64,000 nucleotides of DNA from Eledone cirrhosa (lineage: Eukaryota): contig OZ024741.1 of the NCBI GenBank assembly GCA_964016885.1, forward strand, positions 203,608,001 through 203,672,000, in the 5' to 3' direction. The position numbers and the translations under genes are program-made. The notes below the pieces were generated by a model that saw only the letters and a program-made list of their open reading frames with translations, did not search any database and was not told the DNA's origin. Positions 42,893-55,581 of this stretch are shown here, one piece after another. Position 1 is the stretch's first letter, and each line of letters opens with the position of its first letter.

Positions 42893-43782
42893 TATACAAT
42901 ATACAATATACAATATACAATATACAATAATAAAATAAAATAAGATAAAATACAATAAAATAAGATGTTGGAAAAAGAGAATGCATACATGACAAGGATG
43001 CAGAGGGGGACCGGGCATTATCGAGGTGTGCGTAAAGTTTCATACAATAGTTGGGGGCTGTGGTTCAAATGTTTATATGATATACATGGGGGATGTTGGG
43101 CTAAGGCACTGGGTAGGAGCCTGCGCATGATGCAGGTCTCGTTGCTTGTGGATATGTGTGGGCAGTGCGTGCACAAACAAGTTATATATATTGTGTTTAT
43201 GTGTAAGATCCATTTCATAAAAGTATATGTGAGATGTGCATGGGTTTGGTGTATATATGGAATATAGAGGGTATGTGCTTCATAACAATATATATGGAAT
43301 GCACGTGGAGTGTATGTATGTTGAAATGTGCCAGCTGCATGCGTTGTGTGCGTGTGTATATCATCGGCATGGAACGACAAAATTAAAACTTGACATCAAA
43401 ATCAAAATTAAAATTAAAATTAACATCAGCATTACAATTAGCTGCGACATTAAGCTGAAGACCAGCATCATGTCCATCATCCAAGTCACGGATTAGACAC
43501 CGCGAATCGCATATCGGAAATCGACAATTTAAAAATTTAAAAGTTTGAAAATTTAAAAATTTGAAAATTTAAAACAACACATATGTTTGTAGACCCAATC
43601 CTACTTGTAATGAGTCGGCGTCCGCAAATTGGTGTAGTGGTGCTAATAAGGTGTTCTACGAGGTGTGCAACGTTGGAACTGTCATTTCTCTCAGCTTGTG
43701 CTGTCATGCATTCATGGTTGTGCAGTGTTCTATTGTGGTCCGCTGCATGCGCTCCACCTGGTGTTGCTGTGCCGGTGGTGCG

Positions 43783-44300
43783 CTATGTAGAACCATCCGG
43801 TATCACTAGGGCGGAGAGTGTGCATTTACGTTGATGTCTGCATGCCATGATTATTTCAGACTTGAGGTTGACTGCGTCGCCCTTAAATTTTATTATCTCC
43901 ATAGCCTCGGACAGGCATAACTTGCACTTCCTCTCTCCGGCCGAGTACGCATTCGCATGCCGTACAATACCCCAGCTGAAGTCATATTCTATGCCATTGT
44001 CTTTGAGTCTCCACACTAAGTCCGCCAATCTGGTGGAATGTCTCTTGTTCCTGTCCTTGAACGAGCTCTTATGGTTGTATATCCTCGACTTAAAAGTCGT
44101 GGATGTAGCTCCGATGTATGTGTTCCTATCGTTGTGCGTGGTAACCACACATCTGTAGACAACGCCTTTAGTCAGGCATATTCCCTGCAGGGGGAACTCC
44201 TCACAGACACGGCAGTTACATGTCCGTGCATCATTTTTGCAACTCCCGTTTCGTGGTCCTGGCGTCTTATTTGTGTACTCACCGGTCCTCTAGTGTTGCT
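43783..44300 (-). CDS. PLE GIY-YIG endonuclease fragment (frame extends upstream of the listed ORF)
   Basis: TCNCRVCEEFPLQGICLTKGVVYRC..TYIGATSTTFKSRIYNHKSSF..CKLCLSE..NLKSEIIMACRH. Confidence 0.9.
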
Positions 44301-45391
44301 CCGGCGGAGTGGTGTATTTTATCTTATTTTATTTTATTTTATTATTGTATATTATTTCATTATTTTACGTTATGTACATACAGGTTTTTTTTTTATATAT
44401 GTGCCACCCACGTTATATGCGATTAGTGCAGGGATATTGTGGTGCCGTAACATTTTGGCATATAATGCAGGCACCCTCGGACTCACACCACCCCGTGATC
44501 AGGTTGGGTCAAGGCCTCAAATGCGTTGTCTCATACAATACTGTGTGTACCATCTGCGCAGCGGCGCGTGCGTAGACGGAGGGAGCATAGTCATCGAGTA
44601 TATGCATCCGGTGTGGGAGCACGCGGGTGCATGTATGTATGTGCGCCCACACAGACATGCATGAACACGGGTGAGCACATGCATGGGTCGATGTATTTGT
44701 CTAAGCATGTATGCGTGGGGGTACGGATGACTTTCCATGGATTTTTCTCTTTTTTTTCTCATCTGCCTATATATGTGCGGCGTCTTGGCTATGCATGCTC
44801 CCCTGAGTCCAGTGTGTGAGTGTAGAATGGGGTCTATTTGTTGAAAACACCTTTGATATAGCCCTTCCGTTTGAATGGCTGTTGAAATCTTTCTTTTAAA
44901 AAGGTTTTTTTAAAAAACGTTCTTGATATAGGTTTTTCTTTTTCTTTTTCCTTTTCTTTTTGAAATATGCATGGCGGAGTGTATCCTAAGGCTGTGGCCT
45001 ACAAATGTTACGCTAATATCCCTATGATTTTTTTTTTTTAAATTCCCGCAAACATTATTTATGATGAATGCCGCATACAGCATAATTGCGGGTATGTACC
45101 TGACCGATGTAGACTAAGGTGCCTAGGGGCAATAAAGACGTCGAAGTGATGCCAGCCGTTCAAGATTACAGCCCCTCTCCCACCACAGTAATAATTCTGA
45201 TACATGAAGAAATTTTGATTGACAGGTGGAGAACGAGAGGAAGCAAAAAGTGGGCAACCATGAGTGGCTAGAAATACCGGTGACGTGTACAATTCTTGAC
45301 CACTCATGGAATAACAACAACAGGATCTAAATCAACAAACGAAGAAATTCGATGTTAAAGGAATATAGCAAAATCTGCTTCGTAGAATTGA

Positions 45392-45486
45392 GACGTATCC
45401 GACGACCGAAAGATTTCAGAGTCAGGTGTGATCACCATATCGATCGTGCCTCGAGCTTGTCGTCAGAGAAACATTTGTAATATGTC
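45392..45486 (+). ncRNA. Hammerhead ribozyme with CCGACGA core and extended stem II (mirror copy 41628-41709, -)
   Basis: GACGTAT-CCGACGA..AGGTGTGATC/GATCGTGCCT..GAAA-CATTTG-TA-ATATGTC then AATAAA. Confidence 0.65.
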
Positions 45487-45527
45487 AAATAAATTCCTTT
45501 CGTCGCAACAGTGATTATCTTTTTTCT

Positions 45528-45600
<73 letters not shown>

Positions 45601-45734
45601 GATCGATCGACTTTCGTCAAATCGGACCTCTATAACTATATAACACACACGTACAAATCCAAAGTGTTGACTGAATTGAAATAGCCATTCCTTCTCCTTT
45701 GAGCACATTATTGACAGGGAATAGCGAGTATATG

Positions 45735-45792
<58 letters not shown>

Positions 45793-46010
45793 TTGCAAGG
45801 TTTTTGATATGATATAATGTGTCGAAACAAATATTGTTATACTTGGGGATGGTCATATTGTGGTAATAATATTGCCAGAAATAATAACAGAACACACTCA
45901 CTGTTTGGTTGGTTTTCGCTTCTGCATCTATTATATCTCCATAGTTAATTTATTTGGCAGTCAATGTTTATCATTGACAGACCATCGGTTAAAAATACAG
46001 ATATAAATAT

Positions 46011-46063
46011 ATATAGTATAACAAAGTTCTTTCGTTGCACATCTGCAACGTCATCGGTGATAT
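46011..46063 (-). ncRNA. Degenerate hammerhead with CCGATGA core
   Basis: CCGATGA-C-GTTGCA(gatg)TGCAAC-GAAA-GAAC(ttt)GTTA-TA; stem I mismatched. Confidence 0.5.
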
Positions 46064-46303
46064 TATTATCATGTTCCCTCCTATTGTGTTTGGTGCGAAC
46101 ACACACACCAAACATTATACACACACGCAAACGCATGTGCAGAGACGGAGACAAAAATAAATAGATAAATAAATAAAATAAAAATGGCGTGAACAATAAA
46201 ACAATATTTCTGGCAATATTATTACAACAATATGACCCTCCCCAAGTATAACAATATATATATATATATAATAAAACTTATCGATATTCTTCGGCTGCTA
46301 GCG

Positions 46304-46347
<44 letters not shown>

Positions 46348-46368
46348 TTTTCTCTCTCTCACTCTATG

Positions 46369-46420
<52 letters not shown>

Positions 46421-46922
46421 CTTTAAAAAATTAATAAAGAAAGGACAAGACAACAAACAGAAACATAACAAAACGAAAAACAATTTTTTAAGAGGAAATC
46501 TTTAAAAATTATTTTTTTTAACTGAACATACAAACGAAGGACGCATAATTCCACGGTCATCGGCCGCTGAGACGGACTTCGACAATTGCGACCCCTACCA
46601 ACGGAACTGCTGGTCCATCGAGTGTCACAGCGTCTGACAAGTCAAACGCTGTCCAAAGGAGTAAGAGACAAAATGCAAAACAATAATTCAAAACATATAC
46701 AAACAATGGCCATATCAATCTTTTGAAGGGCTATCTGTTATCCCTTTGGATTTAGAAACTGCACTAAGGATAATTTTTTTGTCCCTAGGAGAAGATGCTT
46801 CTACAGGAATCTACCAACCAGTGATTTTTACAAAATGTTCTATATGTATTTGCTTCTCTGAATGAGATTTCGTTTAGGGATCTCTTTTCATTGAGATGTT
46901 ATCTATATTCTGACATATTTAC

Positions 46923-46967
<45 letters not shown>

Positions 46968-47384
46968 CAAACGTTTGAAGTTAGAAGGCCAGAACAATGC
47001 ATGTTTGGATATAGAATATAAATGCAAAAGATAATGCTGACAATTAGTCTTTTACCTTAATTTATTAGTATATCCTGATATTTCGGGATAATATCTCTTC
47101 GTATGAGGAAAGTAAAGGGGTTAATCCAGTGTTGGAAGTCGGTTGCCAAGTCAAGGTGACCGGAAGTATTATAAAATTCCATTCTACTTCTAATATCAAA
47201 GAGTGGAGGTATGTACAAGTCAAGTGGATAAAGAGTTGTCTCCCTTTAAAGGGTTTGGACATGTATGTCTAAGTGTGTGTGTGTGAGAGAGAGAATACGT
47301 AAAGGTGTAAGCATGCGTGTGTGTGTGTGTGTGTGAGAGAGTGTGAGAGGATACGTGGAAATGTAAATATGGGGGCGCGATACT

Positions 47385-47940
47385 CTATCGTGTTAAAAAT
47401 TGGGTGTTGAGTCCTAATCTATTATTGATTGGTGGTTGGGTTTTGTCTATAATTAATGCTTCTTTAATTCTAAGATTGCCGAGGTTTCTTTCCTTAGTTT
47501 CTATCCTAACTACTATGTTTTTGTTGATGTTTTTACATTTCTCCAGGTGTTTCTTACATGAGGAAGCATTAGTGTTGAGGTTTTCTTTTATTCTAATGTG
47601 AAGTTGTCTGGTGGTGCTCCCAATGTAGAAATTACTACATTTGTCATACTCTAATCTGTAGACGACGTATGCCTGGTGGCATAGGTCTGTGTCGTCGATG
47701 GGGCAGTTGGCTAGCGTGCAGCGGCTGTATTGTCTGGTGGAGTGTCTCTTGGCTAGCTGTCCGCGTAGAGAAGGTCCTGAGTGGGCTAGCTGGATATCTA
47801 GTCCCTCTCGTCTGATAGCCCTGCGGATGGCTGTAGTGGTTTCATCACTGAAGTGTGGGAGCTTCAAGAAGCAGGTGTTAGTGCTTCGGGTGTGGTGTCT
47901 TCTGTTGTTTCTGGCACGGTTCGCGGTGTACGTCGGGTAT
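47385..47940 (-). CDS. Penelope-like linker and GIY-YIG endonuclease fragment (5'-truncated)
   Basis: CTLANCPI..C..YVVYRLE..C.NFYIGSTTRQLHIRIKE..H..C..LRIKEALII....P.IN. Confidence 0.92.
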
Positions 47941-48016
47941 ATATATGTGTATATATATATATATATATATAGTGACGAAACATAAGTTAATTGCATGAAC
48001 TCATAATCCTTTATTT

Positions 48017-48072
48017 ACTGCTATATATATTTCGATGATAGCCATTGAATGGCTATGACCTCATCAGGCAGT
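48017..48072 (-). ncRNA. Type I hammerhead ribozyme, canonical
   Basis: ACTGC-CTGATGA-GGTcATAGCCA(ttcaa)TGGCTATcATC-GAAA-TATATA-TA-GCAGT then AATAAA. Confidence 0.9.
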
Positions 48073-48535
48073 TAGTCAGTTCTTAGATATGCCAGCTTTG
48101 TGTTTATAGTGTTGATGGTATCAGAGCCTTGGGACATATATAAGTATATATATATAAGTATATATAAACCTGTAGAGTAAATATTTAAAAGTTTAAACAA
48201 ACAATTTCTACTTTCTAAAACTGAGAAATATCAATCTGTGGACCAAGATGTAAATATAAAAAAAAAATTGCAACCAATATTGCCTTTGAAAAATAGAAAG
48301 ACATAACGGTAACGCGTGATGACGTTCTCTTGAGATACGGTGAACTGTATGCAAGGAGAATATTCAATTACTATAAACTCACGTAGCTTAATGGTTAGGG
48401 TGTTCAGCTTCCGTTCGTAGGGACATGTGTTTGATTCTAGACAGCGCATTCTGTTCTTGATCAGGGCACTTTATTTCACAGCGATGAGTTGCATCTGTAA
48501 TTCACACACACACACACACATATATATACATATAT

Positions 48536-48578
<43 letters not shown>

Positions 48579-49954
48579 TGTGTGTGTGCGTGTGCGTGTG
48601 TCTATACATACAGCGATTTTCTTCAGTTTCCATTCACAGGGCATTGATCAACCCTAGACTATAGTAGAAAACACTTTCCCAAAGGGCCACGATATGGGAA
48701 TGATCCCAGAACTATAGGGTTGCGAAGTGAACTCAATCACACAGTCATGCCTGTGTTATAAGTTATTCTTAGGTCTGAACAACATTATCACATATAAGCA
48801 AATATATTTGCTCCATGTTAGGGAATTATTAGCGTAAAAATGTTCATTGTTTGCATCAAGCATACTCCTTATTACTAAACGAAGTGAAAGACCAACAATT
48901 ATTTATACATATTGAATAATCAGGCATTATCTGGATAACTACTGGTTCTACTTCTTATCCATGAACACTCTTGATAGGATAGTAAGGGGCACCTAGAACC
49001 AAGACGTAGCCCACCCCTTCCCAAATTTGAACACAACCGATTTCTGCCAGAGGATGATAAAAGAGCTAGAAAGCGAAAAATATAAATAGATGAAGAATCG
49101 ATCACAGCACTGGACTGGGACTTTATTCATTGGCATCGAGAGGATGGAAATATAGTTAATCTCAATACATAATGCTGGAAGGAATACCGCAAATGTATAT
49201 CCGACGTTCAAGTGACTGCGTTACTTTCTACTCCCTTCACCAATATTCAATAAAATATGAAAATACTTTCCCAGTTTCATTAAGCTTTATTTTGAGAGTA
49301 TATTTGGGACCCAGAATAATGTTTTGGTTCAAATAACAATTTCTCTACTACTTAAAAATAAGGGGGGGGGGGTGTAAACAGAAATAGTTTTCAATCATTT
49401 TCATGAGATAGACGGGAATTTCAAAGAAACCAGTAATTTATTTTACGTTGAATCGTATGATGTCTATGAAACGGTAGCCTCTGAAATGTCTTGACACTTA
49501 TAGCAAATATTTACATTACTCCCCATATATATTGACAATCAACACCTGTTTCTGTCATTTACGCTAAATACTATTTTCATCATCATGGATGTAATTTCAA
49601 TTGATTCAAGATGCCTTTCGGCGCCCTGCACAATATATTAGCCAACACTTAACTATATTCTTCAGTGTGAATGTAACATAGTAGAATGGTTAAGAAGTTC
49701 GTTTTGTAATCATGCGCAGCATCTTGAACACCATAGTCTTGGTTCGACCCAAGCCTCATTAGTGAAACTGGATTAGCAAAGTCGTTGGAAAATAAGACAA
49801 ATGTTTTGTGAGATTTTTTTCCCTCTTTTTACGTTCTCAGTTCAAATCCCACCAATTTTAACTACGCCTTTCATCGTTCTGGGCTTTGCACCTAAATTAA
49901 AAACCATATTTCACGAAGTTGAATTCGTATTTCTATATAACTCTTATTTTCTAG

Positions 49955-50070
49955 GCTGGCTTTGCAGTACTGCTTTTTATTGTGATGTGGGCATCTATGA
50001 TCACAGGTGATGTAGCACTGATTTCCCTATTACGTCTCCATAAATTTGAAGAAATATCTTCATCTACTTG
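49955..50070 (+). CDS. Chitin synthase-like exon: AGFAVLLFIVMWASMITGDVALISLLRLHKFEEISSST(W)
   Basis: TTATTTTCTAG acceptor, TG|GTAAGT donor, open frame, hydrophobic helix, phase 0 to 2. Confidence 0.8.
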
Positions 50071-50699
50071 GTAAGTACTGACAGGAGTATGTTGTCGATT
50101 TATATATTTTTTCCTAAAACAACTAATGCAAAATGAATAATAACCGTTTCTAGTTGTTTCTATAGGATAGATCTAGTTATAAACTCAAGCAACACCAGCA
50201 AGTTGTAGCTACATTGCTATAAAGACAACAGTGGAATAGCACTTAACATTAATGTTATGAACAGTATTGATGTAAATATGATTAGTTTGATGTTAATGTG
50301 AAATTCCTGCCAAGGATGTTGAAGGACTCGCTGCAGATCAGAAGGTCTTGAGGAAAATTGTATAGATGGTGTGCAATAATTCGAAGCTGAACGCACTAGG
50401 CACTAGAATAACAATGCCGTTTTCTATCCATCTCGGAACTCTCGTGTAACAGTCAACCTTCTATGTTTGGTCTAAATATTTAGATTTTCTTCATGAATCT
50501 CATGTAAATGTCGACACTAATTCTTCATGGACAACAAACCAACATTTGTGAATAGAAATATTATCCTGAAGATAAATGTAACGATGAAATAAATTTCTCT
50601 ATACTATTATGTTCAAATGTACACCAGTGGAAATATCCATAAGGGTTACGTAGCCTTATTTATGTGATTTCTATGTGTAGATACATTGGTATTATTTAG

Positions 50700-50880
50700 A
50701 TTGGCAGTATCAGTAGAGGGTCGGACGCCATGCTTTCCAGCATAGTTACGCCCCTTTACGATCTGAGTTCAAATCCCGCCGAGGTTGACTTTGCCTTTCA
50801 TCCTTATGGGGTCGATAAAATAAAGTACCAGTAATGCACTGGGTAATTGCTGGCCTTGTGCCTAAAGTAGAGACAATTAT
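50700..50880 (+). mobile_element. Family A SINE
   Basis: Near-consensus copy. Confidence 0.9.
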
Positions 50881-51077
50881 CTTTAAAGTTCTTTTAAATC
50901 CTTTTAGAACTCATTTGGCTTCCTATTATTGATATAACAGGTTTGGATTGAAGTGTGAATTTCAGCCCCTTCGAAAGTAATATCCATGTAATAGTTGACC
51001 ACATAAATTTGACCTGATAATATTCTAAATATTTCTACGTATATACGTTAATCGTTGGTGTATTGTTTGTGTTATAG

Positions 51078-51204
51078 GTACATTTGTGTTTTTATCGTGC
51101 TGGAGATACCACAGTTGTTTACTATAGCTCACTGTGTATGGGGAACATCTTTTATCTGTGTTAAGAAATGGACAAAATGGCCAACTAAAATGCACCTAAT
51201 AACG
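51078..51204 (+). CDS. Chitin synthase-like exon: (W)YICVFIVLEIPQLFTIAHCVWGTSFICVKKWTKWPTKMHLIT
   Basis: TTGTGTTATAG acceptor, ACG|GTATGT donor, phase 2 to 0 fits both neighbours. Confidence 0.82.
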
Positions 51205-51360
51205 GTATGTATTACTAGTGGCAGATCTAAGTGGGGTCAGATTGGGTTGTTAGCCAAGTTCCCCCAATAGTTAAAGGGACCCAAATTTATTTTTCATCCA
51301 CTTCTATTTGCATATTTTTTTCTTTGGGGGATATTTTTTCCATTATTGAAAGATGGAATA

Positions 51361-51429
<69 letters not shown>

Positions 51430-51432
<3 letters not shown>

Positions 51433-52480
51433 CAGTAGTGGATTTTACTTTCTAATGAAGAATTCTTATTTATATATCCGGGAATGTTCGTTGTCCGACT
51501 ATATCTTAAAGAAGGGGAAGATTGTGAATTTTTCCTTCCCGCATGATGCGAAGTGTTCACTGCATGTGGAGTTTCTAACAGAGGGGTCGCTAATTTGTTG
51601 TTGATGGACACGAACTCTGTCGTGTAGACCCGTTTCAGTTTCACAGATGTGGGCAGGTTGCACAATACATTAATTATTTTGTTTTACAGTTCATGCCTGC
51701 GTTAACTTTGAAAATCTCTTGTTTCTAAAGAAGATTTGCCCACCCTCTTCAATGTATTCACAAGTTGCATTGATTCATTGTCATACGTAAATTTTGCCTT
51801 GGTTAGCAGATTTTTTAGGTTGGGTACTTGGCGTCTACTATATATTATTTGTGAGTCTTTTATGAGTGCATTCATTGTAGGGGACTGCTGGAGAATCTGG
51901 AGATATTGTTTAGCGGCTTTCACAATATTGAAGTTCCTTGGATTGTGAGTGATGACAAAAGAGATAACTGTTTTTTCCCTTTTATTTAGTTGGTTTGTTT
52001 TTCTCGGTGTTGTCACTGGGATGTCCTGTGTGTTGGAGATGGCCGTTTCGATGAGGTTCACCGGATATGCTTGTCTTTTGAGGAACCCTTTTATTTCATA
52101 TAATCTTTTTTCTTGTAGTGTTACTATGGTGCACATGCATCTTGCCATATTAAAGGGAATGTTCCTTTTGGTATATGAGGAGTGTGCTGATCGGAAATTC
52201 AAGTATGTGTGTGTGTCTGCTGGAATGATAAGGATATCCAAAAACCGTAGTTCCTTTATTTTTTACATTCCATGGTAAATTGTATTGCTCCATGACGCCT
52301 GTTTATGATGGAATGGAATTTTTGCAGCTCTTTTTTCCAGAAGATGAAGCAGTCGACTAGGTAACATTTCCAGTTGTTATTAATGTAGGTGGCGAAATCG
52401 TGACTGAACGTTTTCTTGCAGCTGGGAATATAATGTTGCCTCTAGGTGACCCATAACGAGCGTTGCGTATTTTGTGCTAC
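51430..52480 (-). pseudogene. Degenerate Penelope-like RT-thumb to GIY-YIG fragment
   Basis: WKCYLVDCFIFW (degenerate YLDD), DTHTYLNFRSAH..KRNIPFNMA, ICETETGLHDRVRVHQQQI..SEHFASC; stops and frameshifts. Confidence 0.85.
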
Positions 52481-52491
52481 GTTCCAATATA

Positions 52492-53365
52492 CGAGGTGTG
52501 TCAGAAAAGTTCCAGGACTGATGTCACAAAAGATTTATTTCAAACCCAAACTTCACAATAAGAGTTTTCTCCTTCAAAGTAACCCCCCTGGAGTCTAATG
52601 CACTTTTCCATTCTTGCATGCACTCCTGGAAGGATTCTTCAGGGATCCTCCGCAGTTCCGTCATCACGGCCTTTTTGATGTCGTCCACGTCTTCAAAACG
52701 CGTCCCCTCCGGGTCGTACTCGAAGATCCATGACTCATCACCGGTGACGACTGTCCCTAGCAAGTCTGGTTCGGTTTCAAGACGCTCGAGGATGTCCTGG
52801 CACACTTGCATGCGTCGACTCTTCTGGTCATCGTTCAGCAGTTTTGGCACCATCTTCGCACAGACTTTCCGCATGTCCAAATCTTCAGTGAGAATCTTCC
52901 AGACGCTGTCCCGATTCATGCCCAGCTCATTTGCCATCAGTCGAACAGTCAGCTGACGATCGCTACGCACCATCTGCCTGACGCGCTCAACGTTGACTTC
53001 AGTCCTGGTTGTTGAGGGCCTTCCGCTCCTGGGATCATCTTCCACTTCCTCGCGTCCTTCTTTAAACCTCTTGCACCACTCAAAAACACGTGAGCGTGAC
53101 ATCGTCTCATCTCCATACACTTGCTGCAGCAACCGTACCAGAAACTTCAAGTTTGTTCGTTGCTCTGTGCTCATTGCTGTACGACCTGAAACAGAGGACA
53201 TGTATATAAAATTATGAAGAAAAAAGTTTGATCGTTGCAGAGAGCTAAGATTACAGTTACATACTCCAGGGGGATTACTTTGAAGGAGAAAACTCTTAGT
53301 GTGAAGTTTGGGTTTGAAATAAATCTTTTGTGACATCAGTCCTGGAACTTTTCTGACACACCTCG
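52492..53365 (-). mobile_element. Internally deleted mariner with 103-bp inverted termini and TA target duplication
   Basis: TA-CGAGGTGTGTCAGAAAAG ... CTTTTCTGACACACCTCG-TA. Confidence 0.95.
52524..53174 (-). CDS. Truncated mariner transposase (HTH domains and first catalytic D only)
   Basis: EQRTNLKF, VFEWCKRFKEGRE..DDPRSGRPST, AKMVPKLL, VTGDESWIFEYDPE joined directly to GTRFEDVDDIK. Confidence 0.9.
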   Translation of the reverse strand: MSTEQRTNLKFLVRLLQQVYGDETMSRSRVFEWCKRFKEGREEVEDDPRSGRPSTTRTEVNVERVRQMVRSDRQLTVRLMANELGMNRDSVWKILTEDLDMRKVCAKMVPKLLNDDQKSRRMQVCQDILERLETEPDLLGTVVTGDESWIFEYDPEGTRFEDVDDIKKAVMTELRRIPEESFQECMQEWKSALDSRGVTLKEKTLIVKFGFEINLL

Positions 53366-53741
53366 TATATATATATATATATAAGGCGGGTAAAATTCCC
53401 GAGATCCATGGACGAGTTCTCTCCAGCGGTCTCTGTCCCTCATTATCACTACCATGTCCTGCATCTCCAGCAGACCAGTGTCTATATATATATTAAAATA
53501 ACAGATTAAAGTTTAGGCAAAGAATCGAGGCTTTCACCCTTAACGGGTTAGTTTCAGAAGATCCCGTTAAGGGTGAAAACAGCGATTCTTTTCTTAAACT
53601 TTACGGTTATTATATATTTGATATATATTTATCCTTATCGAGCCCTCTTTGGATTTTAGTCTTCAAATTTTTTATTATTACTATATATATATATATATAA
53701 TTATATATATGTGCATATATATATGTATATATATATATATA

Positions 53742-54248
53742 TATTGGTAAACGGAATAGAAAATGCTGACAAATTGTTCACAGTTGAAAAATGGTTTAAT
53801 TAGGAATAAAAGAGTATTAGTGATTGTATGGGTTAGTATTCAGTTGTGGTTTTAAGTTTTTAAGTTTTTACCGGTTGCGCATTTCTAAATGCTTTTCAAA
53901 AATAATTTTGAGATAGAGTGTCCGTGCTGTTTGCTGTATTCCCTGACCATATAATGCTTCTGTTGACCGGGTCTGTCTACTCAGTGCCCGTTATAAACGA
54001 TTATATAAAACAAAAAGGAAAAAATAACGTAAGTATTTTGAACCAGATCAGAGCAAACAGCACGGACACTCTATCTCAAAATTCTTTTTGAAAAGCATTT
54101 AGAAATGCGCAACCGGTAAAAACTTAAAAACTTAAAACCACAACTGAATACTAACCCATACAACCACTAATACTCTTTTATTCCTAATTAAACCATTTTT
54201 CAACTGTGAACAATTTGTCAGCATTTTCTATTCCGTTTACCAATATAT
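53742..54248. mobile_element. Inverted PLE-like pLTR pair (~190-bp arms) enclosing a captured host exon fragment
   Basis: 53742-53935 and 54052-54248 are reverse complements; spacer 53936-54045 duplicates 54444-54553. Confidence 0.8.
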
Positions 54249-54278
54249 AATAACTTGTGTGTTACACCTCTATTCTTT

Positions 54279-54333
<55 letters not shown>

Positions 54334-54380
54334 GGTATGTAACTATATATATATTTCTGTTATCATTGCTGACATTTTAG

Positions 54381-54536
54381 GGTATTCTAGCCAGCCTACT
54401 TGAAGTAGCATGTTTGTGTGTCCTCCTCACAGAATTTGCTCCAGTATTCCCTGACCATATAATGCTTCTGTTGACTGGGTCTGTCTACTCAGTGCCCGTT
54501 ATAAACGATTATATAAAACAAAAAGGAAAAAATAAC
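54381..54536 (+). CDS. Chitin synthase-like exon: GILASLLEVACLCVLLTEFAPVFPDHIMLLLTGSVYSVPVINDYIKQKGKNN
   Basis: CTGACATTTTAG acceptor, AAC|GTAAGT donor, 52 open codons, phase 0 to 0. Confidence 0.85.
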
Positions 54537-54729
54537 GTAAGTATTTTGAACCATTTTTTTCTTTCTTACGAATCTCTATTATTATATTGAAAACAAAATA
54601 TGGTAATTTTTCGATTTAATAAGAGACACTTTCAAACATTTCCGTTAAAATAGAAACGGCAACATTCGGAAATAATTGGATATGGAATGAATATTGTTAT
54701 CATTATCATTAATTATTATTATTATTACT

Positions 54730-55290
54730 GATTGGCGGTGGATTGGCAGTATCGGTAGAGGGTCGGACGCTATTCTTTCCAGCATAGAGTTACGGCCCTT
54801 TATGATCTGAGTTCAAATCTGAGTTCAAATCTGAGTTACGTCCCGTTGCTTTTTATACTTATGGTGTCGATAAAATATAGTACAGTAGCGCACTGCGGTC
54901 AATTTAGTCGATTTTCCCTTCCCTTCAAATTGCTGGCCTTGTGTCAAGTGTGGAACTAATTATTATTATTGAGGATGATGGATTGTCAGTGTCTGTAATG
55001 AGTCAGAAAACATAATTTGCAGCATAAAGTTAGTCCCTTTACCTTCTGAATTCAAATTCCGCTGAGGTTAGCTTTCCTTCCATCCCTACTAGGTCGGTAA
55101 AATAAGGTAACACACTGGGGTCGATTTAATCGACCTTCCCCTCACCCAAAAGGGTTGGCCTTGTGCCTAAATCAGAAATCATCATTGAACTTTGCCTTTC
55201 ATCCTTACGGGGTCGATAAAATAAAATACCAGTAATGCACTGGGATATCTACTGGTCTTGTGCTCAAGATAGACACAATTATTATTATGA
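54730..55290 (+). mobile_element. Three tandem family A SINE copies
   Basis: Repeated A/B box and GTCGATAAAATA..GGCCTTGTG motifs separated by ATT runs. Confidence 0.85.
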
Positions 55291-55500
55291 ATGATTTTAA
55301 GACAGACGTTTCCCCAGCTCGTCTCTTTGACAGAATTTCGGAGTGAGAGAATATTCTCCGAAATCATTAGACGTGTCCGTCGAACCTGCGGGTCCAGAAT
55401 CAGACAGATCCACACAATGATCACGTCTCGAGCTGCCCGACGGCGAAACAATTGTAACACAATAAATTGAGTTCAGATGCATCACTGATTTTTCTTTTTC

Positions 55501-55545
<45 letters not shown>

Positions 55546-55581
55546 TAACAAATGGAAACTATATTTATAAAACCATATTTA

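Larger units (their letters stand above)
41580..45531 (-). mobile_element. 5'-truncated Naiad-type PLE with ~1.2-kb inverted pLTR copy
   Basis: GIY-YIG coding at 43783-44300, long 3' UTR to 41580; 44314-45531 is the reverse complement of 41580-42953 (without the SINE). Confidence 0.9.

Noticed and set aside
50166-50271. Apparent extra exon (WIDLVINS..) suggesting a C-type lectin pseudogene or stop recoding
   Set aside because: Contains an in-frame TAG and shifts the next exon into a stop-containing frame; skipping it gives a fully open, phase-consistent protein
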